DNA of 64,000 nt from NCBI RefSeq assembly GCF_009914755.1, contig NC_060934.1. One strand, written 5' to 3'. Source of the stretch: the human T2T-CHM13v2.0 reference genome, Homo sapiens. Made by a program: the position numbers and the translations under genes. The notes beneath the pieces were generated by a model. It ran no database searches, was not told the origin of the DNA, and was given only the letters and a program-made list of their open reading frames with translations. This document shows, piece after piece, positions 1-16,800 of this stretch. How positions within the stretch are numbered: the first letter of the stretch is position 1; each line of letters starts with the position of its first letter.

Positions 1-1299
1 TTTTGTATTCTTCAGGTGGTTCCTTGTATGTATGGATCACGTTAAAATGTTCCCTATTATCTTCCTAAACTTAAGAATATTTCTGCCTCCAAATTATAGG
101 CACAAACAAGAATCCAACATAATCTCCCCTTCAGTCTCTTTTACCCCTAACATCTTCAACCTACGACACCATATGTAGAATTCTGGGTTGAATTATGTCC
201 CCCAATGAGTCTCAGTCCTACCAATTATTAAGTATTTAACTTCACACAAGAAAATGGAATGTTCCCATGATGAGTTTCCTCATTAGTAAAATGTAACATT
301 TTACTAACACACTCACCTCACATGACTTCTTGATGAATCACTTAATTCTAAAGAAAGGAAGGGGTTCATGCATGGTGATGTACCATATATTAAGACATGT
401 ACATTTTAATGCCTGGGGTCATATGTTTCCTAGTAATGTGGAAATATGGCTGATTAGCTTCTGAAAGAAGACAGCAGGCACTTGATAAATGGAGCAAGGA
501 TCTATTTTATAATCGATTACTACTTTCAACCTCGGGCACTGCCTAACAAGGGAAGCATTGGTGTGGCTTATCACAGTTGTGGAAAGCATATAGCACTTTG
601 AATTTGGGGGAGCACCAAAAGAAAAACTTCACCTCGTTCATATTTTTCTGTAACCAATATACTAGTTTCTCATTGTACCTTAATCATATCATTAAAACAA
701 AAACATGATGTATGAGAAGTTCTTAGTCTTGACTTACCACATTTTATGAAATCAGGTAATTTCAAACAGACTGCTCCTGACATTTGCAGAACTAGGAACA
801 GAAGTACACATGGATAACTCCCACCTTCTTACTTCACTCCAACCCCCATCCACTGCCACAGACCTAGCTGGTATGTGTACAGACATCCATCCAAACATCC
901 ACACTTCATACCCACAGGGCCTAGGGCCAACAGCAATTCTCCTTAAAGGGTTAATGTGCCTTCAGCAGGATTGATTTTGGGAAAAGATCCTCATAGACCC
1001 TGAAACAAACTTAAAACAGGTTGAGCAGAGAACCTTCTGGGTCCCAGATACCTAAAATATGGTCTGGAAGAGAACATAAATACATATTCCAGTTGTGGAC
1101 AGATTTCACTGGCTCCAGTGGAATCCTTGTTCTGGAGAAGGGGTGGGCACAGCTGGGAACAGCAACAGCAGACCCCTGAAAAGCATGGCATCCGGGACAG
1201 GGGTCCCAATAGCTCGTATATAAGGATATTACGCATCCCAGATTTCTCCAGAGTCAGATTAGTTGGTAACACCAAGAGGCATCTCCAAAACCATTAAGC

Positions 1300-1534
1300 C
1301 AAGTTTGTCCAACCCACGGCCCACAGGCCACATGCAGCCCAGGACGGCTTTGAATGCAGCCCAACACAAATTTGTAAACTTTCTTAAAGCATTATGAGAT
1401 TTTTTTTTCTTTTCTTTTGCGATCTTCTTTTTTCAGCTCATCAGCTGTTGTTAATCTTGGTGTATTTTACGTGTGGCCCAAGACAATTCTACTTCCAATG
1501 CGGCCCAGGGAAGCCAAAAAATTGGACACCCCTG
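1300..1534 (-). mobile_element. MER30 (hAT-Charlie non-autonomous DNA transposon)
   Basis: Reverse strand begins CAGGGGTGTCCAATTTTTTGGCTTCCCTGGGCCGCATTGGAAG. Termini are inverted (caagtttgtcc ... ggacacccctg), with a degenerate 8-bp TSD cattaagc/cactaaac. Confidence 0.85.
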
Positions 1535-1947
1535 CACTAAACTTTTATTGTATTGCCTCCTGGCGTAGCTTAGTGAAGAGATTCCCGTGTGTAGTATAAC
1601 AGAATAACCCTATGTATTTTGTTTGTTTGTTTTTGTTTTTAGACATCATGCGTGGAAATTTTGATCCATTAATTCTAAAGTCTATCTGGGAATAGATATC
1701 TTTAAGAATCTCATTTGCCTTTTTTTCTTTCTTTTCAGTGTGAGGAGTCATTAGTTAACTAGATTTTTCTAAAGGAGATGCTAAAAAATCTCTGTTCTTA
1801 TAAGATATATGATTACCCTAAGGGATAATTCAGAGATCAGCCATGTTCAATGTGATTACAGGTGATGAGAAATTTAGTGCACTTTGTTGAGCATAGCACC
1901 CATCAGAATACAACCTTGAAACTTGTAAGTTGTCAGGAAATGTATAG

Positions 1948-2011
1948 TGTTATATAAGTTTAAAAGGGGCCATTGAGTTTGTTATATAAGTTTAAAAGGG
2001 GCCATTGAGTT
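1948..2011. repeat. Perfect 32-bp tandem duplication
   Basis: tgttatataagtttaaaaggggccattgagtt occurs at 1948-1979 and 1980-2011. Confidence 0.95.
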
Positions 2012-2312
2012 AACAGTTAAAAAACAAACAAAAATATTAAACAAAGTGTCAGAAGAGTCACAATATCTAAATTGTAGTCCTAAACCCACCACTAATTGTT
2101 GTTTTTTCTGAACGGCTCACTTCCCTTTCTGAACCAAGTTCCTTCTGTAAAATGAGAGGTTTCAACCAAATAATAATTAAGTCTTCCCCTTATCCCTGAA
2201 AGTCCATTAATATCATTAATATCTAGATGTATAGTAGTGGAATGAACAGAAGAAATCTGCAATTTTGTATTACCATCCTGCCAAATGCCACAGCCTTGGT
2301 GTGGGTTATAGC

Positions 2313-2347
<35 letters not shown>

Positions 2348-3271
2348 CGGGGGGGCTTCAGTTTAGAATATTGTACCTGATGGAATTGGAAAGGAAAATT
2401 ATTGGTTGCTATCAACAAATCAGTCTCAAAGGTAAAATTCTGCCTGGAAGAAAGTCTAATTATATTTTAATTGGTCTTTCAATCAATTCAATTATATGCA
2501 TTTAAAGTCAATAGATATCAAAAGCCACCAATGAATGAATTTTAGTATGTTTTTCCTCTCCAGAGTATTTTGGTTAGAATGCCATTAGAATTTTGAATTG
2601 AATTTGGGATTTTACTAAAGGCAATTGAGGGAATGGTTTTAAGTGGAAATAGGGTGAAAAACAAGAAAAGATGGAGTAAAAGGAACATCAGTGAATCAGG
2701 AGCCTAAATTCTCATCCTCTTCATTGCTCAGTGAACAAAGGAAGTTGTTTACTCTGTCTAGGCTTTTGGATCCTCATGTATCGAAAAGGGTAAGGTCATT
2801 CTATTTGTAAGCAAAGAGGTTTTCAGGGAAGATATAATGATAAATAAACAGTTTTGCATTTTTTAAAAGCGCTGCTGACATTTATGCACTAATGATGACA
2901 TTCTTAATTTCTTAAAATCTGGAAAGAGTGGTACTTTAAACCTTTCTATCCTCTGTGAGGAAGGTTAGGCTTGTATATGCAGTGGAGTGGAGAGAGAAGA
3001 CACAGAGACCATAAAATGGTACTCATTAGAGCCATTAGGATGACAGTAGTAAAAAAAAGTGACTGTGAGAGGAGAATAGAAGCATAGGATCAGGGCATTG
3101 GCTGTTTTCATTTTCCTAAGACATTCCTGCCTTGGGTTTTACCTTTTTCAATCATCAGATGTGATTCTTGCTGTCCTATTATTTCTTCAAAGCTATGGTC
3201 TGCTAGGGAGCTACTGAATGGGTAAAGCAAACGTATCCATGTTATTATGTATTTCTAGAAAATATTAACCC

Positions 3272-4370
<1,099 letters not shown>

Positions 4371-4539
4371 CATAATGCACATTGCATGAAATAAAAATTG
4401 AATCTGGGTCACTTGAAAGTGAGGTTCTGACACAAAACAAAATTAAAGGTATAGAATAGGCATGTGATTTAAATATAAATGATATAGGGATGAAACAATA
4501 AAAACACTTTTTATGAAGCATTTGTAGTATGATGACTAC

Positions 4540-4720
4540 TGTAGTGGACATGTTTATATATTATTTCATTTTACCCTTCCTATAAATATATATTTATAAA
4601 TCATGATGATAAGACATGCCTAAGGCCATGGAACTATTCCAGTAAATGATGCTAGAACAGAAATTTGACCTAACTCCATCTGCGGTTGAAGACCGGACAT
4701 TTTTGCCTAGCTATGCTGCC
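4540..4720 (-). mobile_element. MIR fragment
   Basis: Degenerate MIR core (ttatttcatt...ctaaggccatggaactattccagtaaatgatgctagaacagaaatttgacc). Confidence 0.5.
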
Positions 4721-6444
4721 TTCCGAAAGCTATGCTAGTTATCTTCAGTTATGTCCATACAGTCTCCCTTTGCCTTTTCCCTAACTTTCTCCAAGAAGAA
4801 AAGGTATTGGAGGAGGGTGCTGTGCATTTCAGTTACTTTTCCCTACACACATTTTATCTTGACCCTTTAATTCACTATGATGTTTATCATCACAGACAAG
4901 TGATTTGCCCATGTTTCTGTCTCTTGTCAACCCAAGCAGAAAACTTTTGTGACAATTAGGACATTTAGCCACTGAACTCTCATCCCCTGTGAATCATACA
5001 TTAATTAGTGTCAGATTGGATACAGATTGTCAAAATACCCAGATGCATTGCACAGATACCCGCACTAATCAACACCTTATTTTACTTTCAGTCTATTGAA
5101 CTATAAGGTTAACCACTTTCCATGAGAAATGTACTAATTTAATGTAGCCAATGAACTCACCATCCTGTGTACCAAAGAAAGGTATATTTACCTCTATTAT
5201 TTTAAAAAAAATATTTACATTCGTTTCAGCCAAACTAGCAATAGGGGTACTTCCTCTCTTTCATATCAGACACAATTCATGCAGTTATCTTTCAGTGCTT
5301 TGAGTATTTTATTGAAGTATTTCTCTGTTCTTATGATTATGAGTATATAGATACTGTGCTCTATTTCTATTATATATCAGAGCCATTAGGTAGATGAATT
5401 GTTTCTGAAATTATGAAAATAGTAAAAAAAAAACTTCATTAACCATTGTAAAACCATGTTTTTACAAAAGTAAAAAACAGTGCAACCCTTAAAACATATT
5501 ATTCTTTCTCTTTCAATAACCTAACAAATACAAATCAGATAATTGATTTTTTAGATAAATGTATAAATTTAAATCATATATCAAATTATCATGAAGTAAA
5601 CAGAAATATAGGTGACAACTATGAACAATTATGAGGTTTCCTTGCAATTAAGTCTCCAAGTGAGGGATACATATTAGAAACTGGCAGAAGGAATTTTTCT
5701 CAGAAGCAATGAGATTGGACTGACTTGCATTAGAAAGAATTGCACAAAATGCAGATTTAGAGAAAATCCTTCTACTACTCCACCTGTCAATACAGCATGG
5801 CAATATGAGATAGCCACTTCCCACATTTTCACATTTGGGGTGACAGCTGATTTCAAGTACAGATGGCAACACTTTTTTTCATGTATTAAAGTCAGCAGCC
5901 ACTCCAGCTAGAAGGAAGGCACCTGCCATCTTTTCTGTCAACATCTGACACTGACTTCTCCATATGCTGCAGGAAAGAATTCATAGACTCTCCTCATGTG
6001 GTCCAATGGCTCTCATGCCAGATGAAGGGAGAGAAGTTAAGTAGCTGAAGTTATCTCTCTGCCCCCACCCTCCCCCACCCAGCCATGCACAGTTGGTGTC
6101 ATCACAAGGAGGACTGGCAGTGGAGGAGCAGGGAGAGCCAACGGAAGCATTACTTGGCATCAGGTGAGAGGAGTTATCTCTTTTTTCCCTACTCACTTAT
6201 TCCCTACATCATCATTTGTCAAAAATGTGTTTTATGGACTAGTAGTTCTAGAAGATACTCAATTTCAAAAAGGATTCCATGAATATGTACATTTGGGAAA
6301 CACTCAAAATGTTAACTCTCTTTAAGCCCATTTGGGACCCTGGGCTATTAAAGGTACTGAGAAGTCATGAATTTCTATGTGTATATATATTTAAAAGTCT
6401 ATAAAATTATTTTCCACCAAAGATGCTTAAAGAAATATTATCCT

Positions 6445-6741
<297 letters not shown>

Positions 6742-7609
6742 AAAGAAATATTATTCTATAAAACTCAATTATACATTATTTCTAAATACAAATCTCGGGT
6801 CACTCATCCAGGGGAATTTGATTCTTCCTTTCACTTTAATTATATAAAGAGACACTTTGCTTCAGATAAGCTCTACGTGAATAGGGATTTTTTTTGCTAT
6901 TATATCCCCCACAATTTATTGTAGCTCTAATGTCTAAAGGAGACTCTAACACATAGTAGTTGCATCACAAGTATTTGTTGAATGAGTTATAAGCTCTTCT
7001 ATTTGCCTTGGTTCCTTATTTATTCTCATCCCTTTTATCTTCCCCAACAGCACTTATAGCTCTCTTTGTCCATGTCAGCTTGCCTGGCTGTGAGCTCTCC
7101 TGTGTGAGTTTGATTTTGGGGTCTTCTTTGTTGTAAGTCATCTAACTAAATCCTGATCCTCTGTCATGAGTCTATTCAGCATCTGTTTTGCCTGACTCGT
7201 GTTCTACTCTGACCTCTGATACCTAGAAGACCTTTCTGTACTCTGCTTCTTGTTTCCCAGTTCTGACTTCTGTCCTCACAACCCCAATCACCTATGAATA
7301 CATATGCCACCATGAGAGAACAAGAATAAAGCCCATCCAAGGAAGACAGACCAGTTGGACATGGTGACACATTTATACGTACTGTGAATCATAAGTTTTC
7401 TAAACAGCATACAGTCTGTAAGCACCAATGGGACATATTTTTAAACAATGGGTCAAACGCCAGAAGTAAATCAGTGCCAATGTGCAAATTAGGGAAGCTT
7501 GCCATAGAATAAGATAAAAATAAGAAGTCAGCATATCCAGAAAAAAATGGCATTTACCTATCACGTGCAAAATTGTCAGAAGAGCCAAGATGAGTCAAAA
7601 AGAGGCACA

Positions 7610-7902
7610 GGCTGGGCGGGGTGGCTCATGCCTGTAATCCCAGCACTTCGGGAAGCCGAGGTGGAATGCTAGCTTGAGATCAAGAGTTGGAGACAACCTG
7701 GGCAACATAATGAGACCCTTATGCTACAAAAAAACAAACAAATAGCCAGAAGTGGTGGCTCTCACCTCTAGTCTCAGCTACTAAAGAGGCTGAGGCAGGA
7801 GGATTGCTTGAGCCTAGGAGTTTGAGGTTACAGTGAGCTATTATCATGCCACTGCACTTCAGCCTGAGTGATAGAATGAGATTGTCAAAAAAAAAAAAAA
7901 AA
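7610..7902 (+). mobile_element. AluJ
   Basis: J diagnostics (GGATTGCTTGAGCCTAGGAGTTTGAGGTTACAGTGAGCTA, CTGGGCAACATA); TSD approximately aaaa(g)aggcac. Confidence 0.92.
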
Positions 7903-8094
7903 GGCACTGATACTGAGATAACTGAATGGCTTAGGTTTGAAAGTGTCTTAGATGCTTGCTGCCTTCTGGAACAGCAACACTCTTACCATGCATCAACTTT
8001 TTGGTCTTGATGTATAACTACAGCACCTTGACTCAATTAATTAGAGAAATTTGACAGGTATGCCTTTTTGTTATTTTAATTCCTCAAATTTTTC

Positions 8095-8395
8095 AGATGT
8101 TGGTCAAAGGATACATAATCACAATTAGACAGGATAAATAAATTCTGAGAGACCTTTTTGCAGCAAGGTGATTATAGTTAATGAGGATATATTGTATTCT
8201 TGAAAAACGTAAGGAGAATGGATATTATGTTGCTCTCACCACACACACACACACACACACACACACGATAGCTATGGAAAGTAAGCAATTAATTAGCTAG
8301 ATATAACTACGCCACAATATGTATGTATTTCAAAACATCATATTATTGATAAAAACATATCATGTTATCTGTCAATTTATAATTAAATAAAGAAA
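8095..8395 (+). mobile_element. L1MA-type 3' end fragment containing a (CA)n microsatellite at about 8239-8266
   Basis: ggtcaaaggatac...ttagacagga...ataaattc...gttaat...atattgtattcttgaaaa resembles the L1MA 3'UTR. Confidence 0.7.
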
Positions 8396-9419
8396 ATGCA
8401 TGGACCAGAAATCCAGAGAGGCCACAGTTTATTCCCCAATGAACCCACAGAAACTCTCAGCGTCAGACATTGCCAACCGCCACCACAGACTACAATCAGT
8501 GTACAATACTCTGGACAGCATCTGTGGGAAGGACGTGTGGGCAGGGTGAGACAGAGCCTTGAAAGCTTTTCTTTTCTTCTATAATTCAGGCAAACTACAT
8601 GGTGAAACATAATTAAGGTTCAGCCTCATTTCCGTTCCCTTACAGAACCAAGCTGCAATGAGAGACATGGAAACAAGAATAGAAAGGATGATTGGTACCC
8701 TTAGGTGGCATGAATATAATGAATTAATTTCCCTAAAGCATTCTTATGATTGAACATGCTGTGCTGAATGTGGTGAGCCTGCGACCAAGTGCCAGTCATT
8801 CCATGACTGCCCTAGCTTTTCAGTGTATTTAAAATACAGTGACTCCTATGCACATGAAGACATGTGTACCAGGATGTTTAGTGTTTCATTTGTTTTGGTA
8901 GCAAAGGACCACAAACACACAACCTAAATATATATCAAAAAATAAGAGATGGGGTAAATAAATAATACATAAATAAAATACTCTGCAGTATTAAAAACAG
9001 TTTAACATATTTAAGTGTGATATGCTTTAAGTGTGATATAGGGGAAAAATGAAAGCATAGAACAGTCTGCAAAATATGTAAACATTTTTGTGTTTTTAGC
9101 ATGTGTGCATATGAAATATATGCTTATGTACACATAATTATCTTACAAAGAAACTGGTAATAATTTTAACCTCTGGGAAAGAGGAAATATTCACTACATA
9201 ACCTTTCCTACCATTGGTAAATTTTAAATGCACATATATTAAGAAAAATACTACCCCTCACACACACATCTAGACACTAAAATCTATATTTCCTCTCAAA
9301 ACAAAGAAGAAGTGGAGGAAGGAGGTACCGACCATGAATCACACTTTCATTTTAAAATGTCTAAGATGTATTACCTTCACAATTATTCCAATTTATAATC
9401 CACATGGTACTTTTCTCAG

Positions 9420-9570
9420 CCTGCTATCTAGGTTTATAAAGGATTCATAAAAATTGAATAAAACATTTGAGTATATCTGCATATATCCATTTTCCTTAGG
9501 ACAGAGTTCATAGCTTCCATCACATTCACAAAAGAATCTAAGAACTGAAAAGTGTTAAGAAATACTGTTC
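9420..9570. mobile_element. Ancient hAT-Charlie-type fossil
   Basis: catagcttccatcacattcacaaaag...gttaagaaatactg resembles the CATAGCTTTCATCAGATTCTCAAAGG...GTTAAGAACCACTG terminus. Confidence 0.4.
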
Positions 9571-10688
9571 AGTTTAGGCCGACTTTATAGACAGCTTTTA
9601 CTAAATTTTGTAAATTCTTTAGATTACATATGATATTATTTGATAAAATAGCCATGTGACATGGTTTGCTTGGCAGGGTAATAAATATTCATCATTTTTA
9701 GTGAATACTACGGTAAGTAATCTGATCTCAGCTGGGTGATATAAATTTACAGCAATGATACCTTACTCTGTGCTTTTCAAATGAGAAAACGTAGACTTCT
9801 ATGCTGCTTTCCAGTTGGCTAGCAATTCCTTGAGGCATAGAAAAAACGGAGCACACCTTTCAGGAGTACTCAATTTACTCAGGAATTGTAAAACTTGATT
9901 TTATAGTAGAACAAAGTTAGATTGATTATGCAATATTTAAACTTATTTTTGAGACAACATGTGAGATTTTAAAAATGGTGTGCTCCAAGGACGGATACAG
10001 TTCTTGGTTATAGACTCCATAGTCCTAGAATTTGCATTTTCTCTCTGCATTCTTTGGTAGGAATATTTGAAAATACCTGCCTTATATTAATACTTTACAA
10101 ATACTTTTTTATTCCTTTTTATTCATTCAATACTTGAAGGATCAGTAGGTATTAAAAACCAACATACATATTTCTTGCCCTTTTGGAGCTTATAATCTAA
10201 TTCAGATACATCATTTCCTTATAACAGACAGGTATGTAGGTGTAATTCTCTGGCTAAATAACTTACTTCACCTGAACATTAAATGATAAGCAATCAAAAG
10301 ACAAAACCAGGTCAATTTTTACTATTTGTAGTCTAATAAGGCCCGCTATTATTTGCATATACTGAAATTTATTATTTCCTAATGTTTGCTTTTTTGGTTG
10401 TTCATTCTTCTTCCCTCAAAAAGAAAAATGATCTGGTCTACAGCTCCCAGCGTGAGCGACGCAGAAGACGGGTGATTTCTGCATTTCCAACTGAGGTACC
10501 GGGTTCATCTCACTGGGGAGTGCCAGACAGTAGGTGCAGGACAGTGGATGCAGCGCACCAAGCAGAAGCAGGGTGAGGCATCGCCTCACCAGGGAAGCGC
10601 AAGGGGTCAGGGAATCCCCTTTCCTAGTCAAAGAAAGGGGTGACAGAGGGCACCTGGAAAATCAGGTCACTCCCACCCTCATACTGTG

Positions 10689-10844
10689 CTATTCCAACGG
10701 GCTTAAAAAATGGCACACCAAGGGATTATATCCCGCACCTGGCTCAGAGGGTCCTACACCCACGGAGTCTCCCTCATTGCTAGCACAGCAGTCTGAGATC
10801 AAATTGCAAGGTGGCAGCGAGGCTGAGGGAGGGGCACCCGCCAT
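10689..10844 (-). pseudogene. L1 antisense ORF0, prematurely terminated (51 aa versus about 71 aa)
   Basis: MAGAPPSASLPPCNLISDCCASNEGDSVGVGPSEPGAGY matches primate L1 ORF0 (MAGAPPPASLPPCSLISDCCASNQRDSVGVGPSEPG). Confidence 0.85.
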
Positions 10845-11044
10845 TGCTGAGTTAGCTGTTTGATTAGGTAAACCAAGCCATCTGGAAGCTCGAACTGGGT
10901 GGAGCCCACCACAGCTCAAGGAGGCCTGCCTGCCTCTGTAGGCTCCACCTCTGGGGACAGGGCACAGACAAACAAAAAGACAGCAGTAACCTCTGCAGAA
11001 TTAAATGTCATTCTCTGACAGCTTTGAAGAGAGTAGCTTCAAAG

Positions 11045-12423
<1,379 letters not shown>

Positions 12424-13503
12424 TGCTGCTATAAAAACACATGCACACATATGTTTATAGCCGCAATATTCACAATAGCAAAGACTTGGAACCAACCCAA
12501 ATGTCCAACAATGATAGACTGGATTAAGAAAATGTGGCACATATACACCATGGAATACTATGCAGCCGTAAAAAAATGAAGAGTTCATGTCCTTTGTAGG
12601 GACATGGATGAAACTGGAAACCATCATTCTCAGCAAACTGTCGCAAGGACAAAAACCCAAACATTGCATGTTCTCACTCATAGGTGGGAATTGAACAATG
12701 AGAACACTTGGACACAGGAAGGGGAACATCACACACTGGGGACTGTTATGGGGTAGGGGAGGGGGGACAGATAGCAGTAGGAGATATACCTAATGTTAAA
12801 TGATGAGTTAATGGGTGCAGCACACCAACATGGCACATATATACATATGTAACAAACCTGCACATTGTGCACATGTACCCTAAAACTTAAAGTATAATAA
12901 TAAAATAAAATAAAATACAAAAATATGAAAAATGACATCAAAAGGTAGAAATAGGCTTCCAGACTGGCATATAAGAAGTTTAAAGGTCTGCCCTTACAAG
13001 TAAAAACTGACCAAAGTGAAAAATCAACTCTTCCTGGATTCATCAGAGAAATGAGATCACAGGGCAAACCATTTCCCCCAAATTAGAGACAGACAGGTGA
13101 ATACAGAGAACCACAACCTTCCAAGTAGAAATCTATGAGCAGAAATCTCTATGGGAACCAGTACTGGGACAGAAGAACCTGAAGTATAATTGATGAATTT
13201 GTTGGAAGCTCAGCATGGACATCTATAAGAGTTAAAAACTTCATGGAGAACAGAGTCATAGGGACACTCCACAATATTGTGAGATTTACCTTCCAATGAT
13301 CAACCAGATTCTCACAGTGAGTATCAGAGAAAAATCCTCCAGTGTTTCAGGCAAGAGGAGGGGGAAAGTAACCATTTTGGAATATATCACAATTTTCTGT
13401 TCTTAACAAAGCCTGCCCTCAAGAGAAACTATTTTACCAGAGCCCAAAGAAAAGAAGAGCCTAGGGAAATGAATCAGTGAAGGTAAAATAAAAACTTTTA
13501 TTT

Positions 13504-13554
13504 TTATTACTCTTTGTTGATCTAACAGCTTATTACTCTTTGTTGATCTAACAG
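13504..13554. repeat. 25/26-bp tandem duplication within L1MC1
   Basis: ttattactctttgttgatctaacag occurs twice, separated by a single c. Confidence 0.95.
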
Positions 13555-13766
13555 TTAACAGTTTCTTCAAATACCAACAGCAACAATGTATTTTAGTTTA
13601 CATATATTTCAAACATATATTTATATGCTTATAGGTAAGCGAAATAAATGACAGCAATGACACAGGCATAAGGGGAAAGAATGAAAACTATTTTATTATG
13701 ATAAAATACTAGTGATGAAACAGGATAGATCTGTTCAAAAGTGGACTTCGATTGGTTGTAAATGTA

Positions 13767-13825
13767 TCAGGTGGGTGCCGTTACTTCTAATGGCAAAAAG
13801 CACAATTATGTCTGCACTAACCTAA
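13767..13825. mobile_element. MADE1 (Hsmar1-derived MITE) with an internal deletion in the left arm
   Basis: tcaggtgggtgc|cgttacttctaatggcaaaaagcacaattatgtctgcactaacctaa versus the MADE1 consensus TTAGGTTGGTGC...CCATTACTTTTAATGGCAAAAACCGCAATTACTTTTGCACCAACCTAA. Confidence 0.8.
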
Positions 13826-16800
13826 TTTATTGAAAACTCTAGGGCAAGCACTAAAATGGTTTTTAAAAAGTATAATTGATATGCTAAGAAAAGAGAGAAT
13901 ATAGAAACATTTACAATGCTTAATTAAAATCACAAGAAGCCAAAAAAGTATGAAGACAAAATAGCAAAAATGAATGAGAGTGGCAAATAGAAAACAGTAA
14001 CAAATACAGTCAATAGTAATCCAACTACATCAATAAACATCTTAAACATCAATAGTCGAAATACACAAATTAAAAGATTATCAAAGTATATAAAAAAGAT
14101 GACTTGATTATATATTGTTTATAAGAAATTCACTTTAAATACAGACACATATAGAATAAAATAAAGAGATGGATAAAGGTACACCATGCTAACATGAGTC
14201 AAAAGAAAGCAGGAGTAGCTATGTGTTAATTTCAGACAAGGAAAGTTACCAGGGAAAGGAGGAGCATCACATAATGATAAAGGGTCAACTATCCAAGGAG
14301 ACAAAATATTCCTTATTTGGATGTGCCTAACAACAAAGCATTACAACATGTAAAGCAAAAAGATATTATTATCACAAGAAGTGATAAATGGATCCACTAT
14401 TATAGTTGGAGACCTTAACACCCTCCTATCAAAAATAGATTAATCAGACAGAAAATTTGTTGAAATTAACAGCACCATCAATCCACTGAATATAGTTAAC
14501 ACCTATAGACTACTTCATCCAGCAACTGCAGATTACACAGTCTTCTCAAGCTCATATTGAACATTCATCAAGATAGATCACATTCTCAGCCATAAAGTAC
14601 ACCTTATCAAATTTAAAATAATAGAAATCATACAGCATCTCTTAGATAAGAATTAAACTAGAAATCAGTAACATAAAGACAGCTGGAAAATTCCAAAATA
14701 TTTGGAGATTAAACAGCAAGCTCCTGAATAACACATAGGTCAAAGAAGAAATTTCAAGAAAAATTTTAAAAATATACTGAAGTAAATGAAAATAAACATA
14801 CAACTTATCAAAACTTGTGGGATATAGTAAATGTAGTGCTTACAGAAAAATTCATAGTATTAAATACATATATTAGTAAAGAAGAAAAATATAAAATCAA
14901 TAATATAAGATTCTACCTAAAAAAAAAAAACTAGAAAAAGAGGAGCAAATTAAATCCAAAGTAATCAGAAGCAAAAATATAATAAATATTAAAGCAGAAA
15001 TCAATAACATTGAAAACAGAAATTCATACAGAAAATCAACAAAACCAAAAGCTGGTTCTTTGAAAAGACTAATTAAATTGATAAGCCTTTAGCCAGACAA
15101 AGAAAAAAATTAACAAAATTACTAATAATCTCAAGTGAAAGAGGGAACACCACTACAGACCCCATGGAAATTAAAATGATAATAAAGGAATATTACAAAT
15201 AACTCTATGTTCACTAATTAGATAACTTAGATGAAATGGACCAATTCCTTGAAAGACACAATCTGCCAAAAATCACATATGAAAAAATAAACAATTTGAA
15301 TAGGACTATATCTATTAAGAAATCTGATCAATAATTCAAAACCTTCCAAAAAATGAAAAGCATTAAGCCCAGATAGGTTTACTGAGGAATTCTACCCGGA
15401 AGATAGAAGTTGAGGGAATATTTCCTAATTCGTTATCTCAGGCCAGCCTTATCCTAAAACTAAAACCATACAAAGACATTGCATGAAAGGAAAATCACAG
15501 ACTAATATCTCTCACAAACATAGATGCAAAAATCATTAGAAAAATTAGCAAATTGAATCCAATAATGAATAAAAAGAATCAGACACAATAAGCAAGTGAG
15601 ATTTATTCCAGATATACAAGGCTGGTTCAACATTTGAAAGTCGATTAATGTAATTCACCCCATCAAGAAGCCAAAGAAGAAAAATCACATGATTATATCA
15701 ACAGATGAAGAAAAAGCATTTGGCAAAATTCAACAGCCATTCATGACAAAAACTTTCAGCAAACTAGGAATAGAGGAAAACTTCTTCAACATGACAAAAA
15801 ACATCTACCAAAAAAAAAAAAAAAGTACAGCTAACACAATTCTTAATAATGAGAAACCGAAGATTTTCTGCTAAGATCAGGAACAAGGCAAGAATGTCAG
15901 CTCTCACTATTGCTTTTCAACATTGCACTGAAATTCCCAGATAATGCAATAAGAAAAGGAAATAAAATGTATAAAAATTGGGAAGGAATAAAACTTGTTG
16001 TTTATATATGACATGATTATATAGAAAATCTGAAATAATTAAAAACTTCTGGAACTAATAAGTGAATATAACAAGATTTCAAGACACAAGATTAATATAA
16101 AAAAGTTAATTATTTTCCTATATACAAGCAATGAACAAACGGAATTTGAAATTAAAAACTCATTATTATTTACATTAGCACCCTCAAAAATGAAATACTT
16201 AAGTATAACTATTCAAAAAGTACAAGATCTATATGAGGAAATCTACAAAACTCTGATTAAAGATATCAAATAAGAACTGAGTAAATGAATAGATATTTCA
16301 TGTTTATGGATAGAATGATTCACTACTGGCAAGATTTCAGTACTTTCCAGCTTGATCTATATATTAAATGCAATGCCAATCAAAGTCTCAGCAAGTTATT
16401 TTGTGGTTATTGATAAGCTGATTCCAAAATTTATGTGAACAGGCAATAGACCTACTTAGAATAGTCAACTCAATATGGAAGAAGAAGAACAAAGTCAGAG
16501 TACTGACACTCCCTGACTTTAAGAGTTACTATAAAGTTACAGTGATGAAGGGAGGTGGTATTGGCAAAAAGAAAAGACAAGCAGATCAGTGGAACAGAAT
16601 AGAGAGACCAGAAATTAATGTAAATATAACCAAGTGATCTTTGAAAAGGCACAATACAATGGAACAAAGATAATTATTTCAACAAATGGTACCAGAACTA
16701 TTGGACACACACTTGCAAACCAAAGAATCTAGACACATACTTTACACCCTTGACAAACATTAACTCAAAATGGATCACAGATCTAAATGTAAGATGCAAA

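Noticed and set aside
770-1215. GC-elevated segment as an exon or promoter
   Set aside because: It loosely resembles an old hAT-Tip100-type fossil, and I cannot support either call.
2313-2356. Isolated poly-A followed by a G-run as a retrocopy tail
   Set aside because: No upstream element body or TSD is visible; treated as a mononucleotide run.
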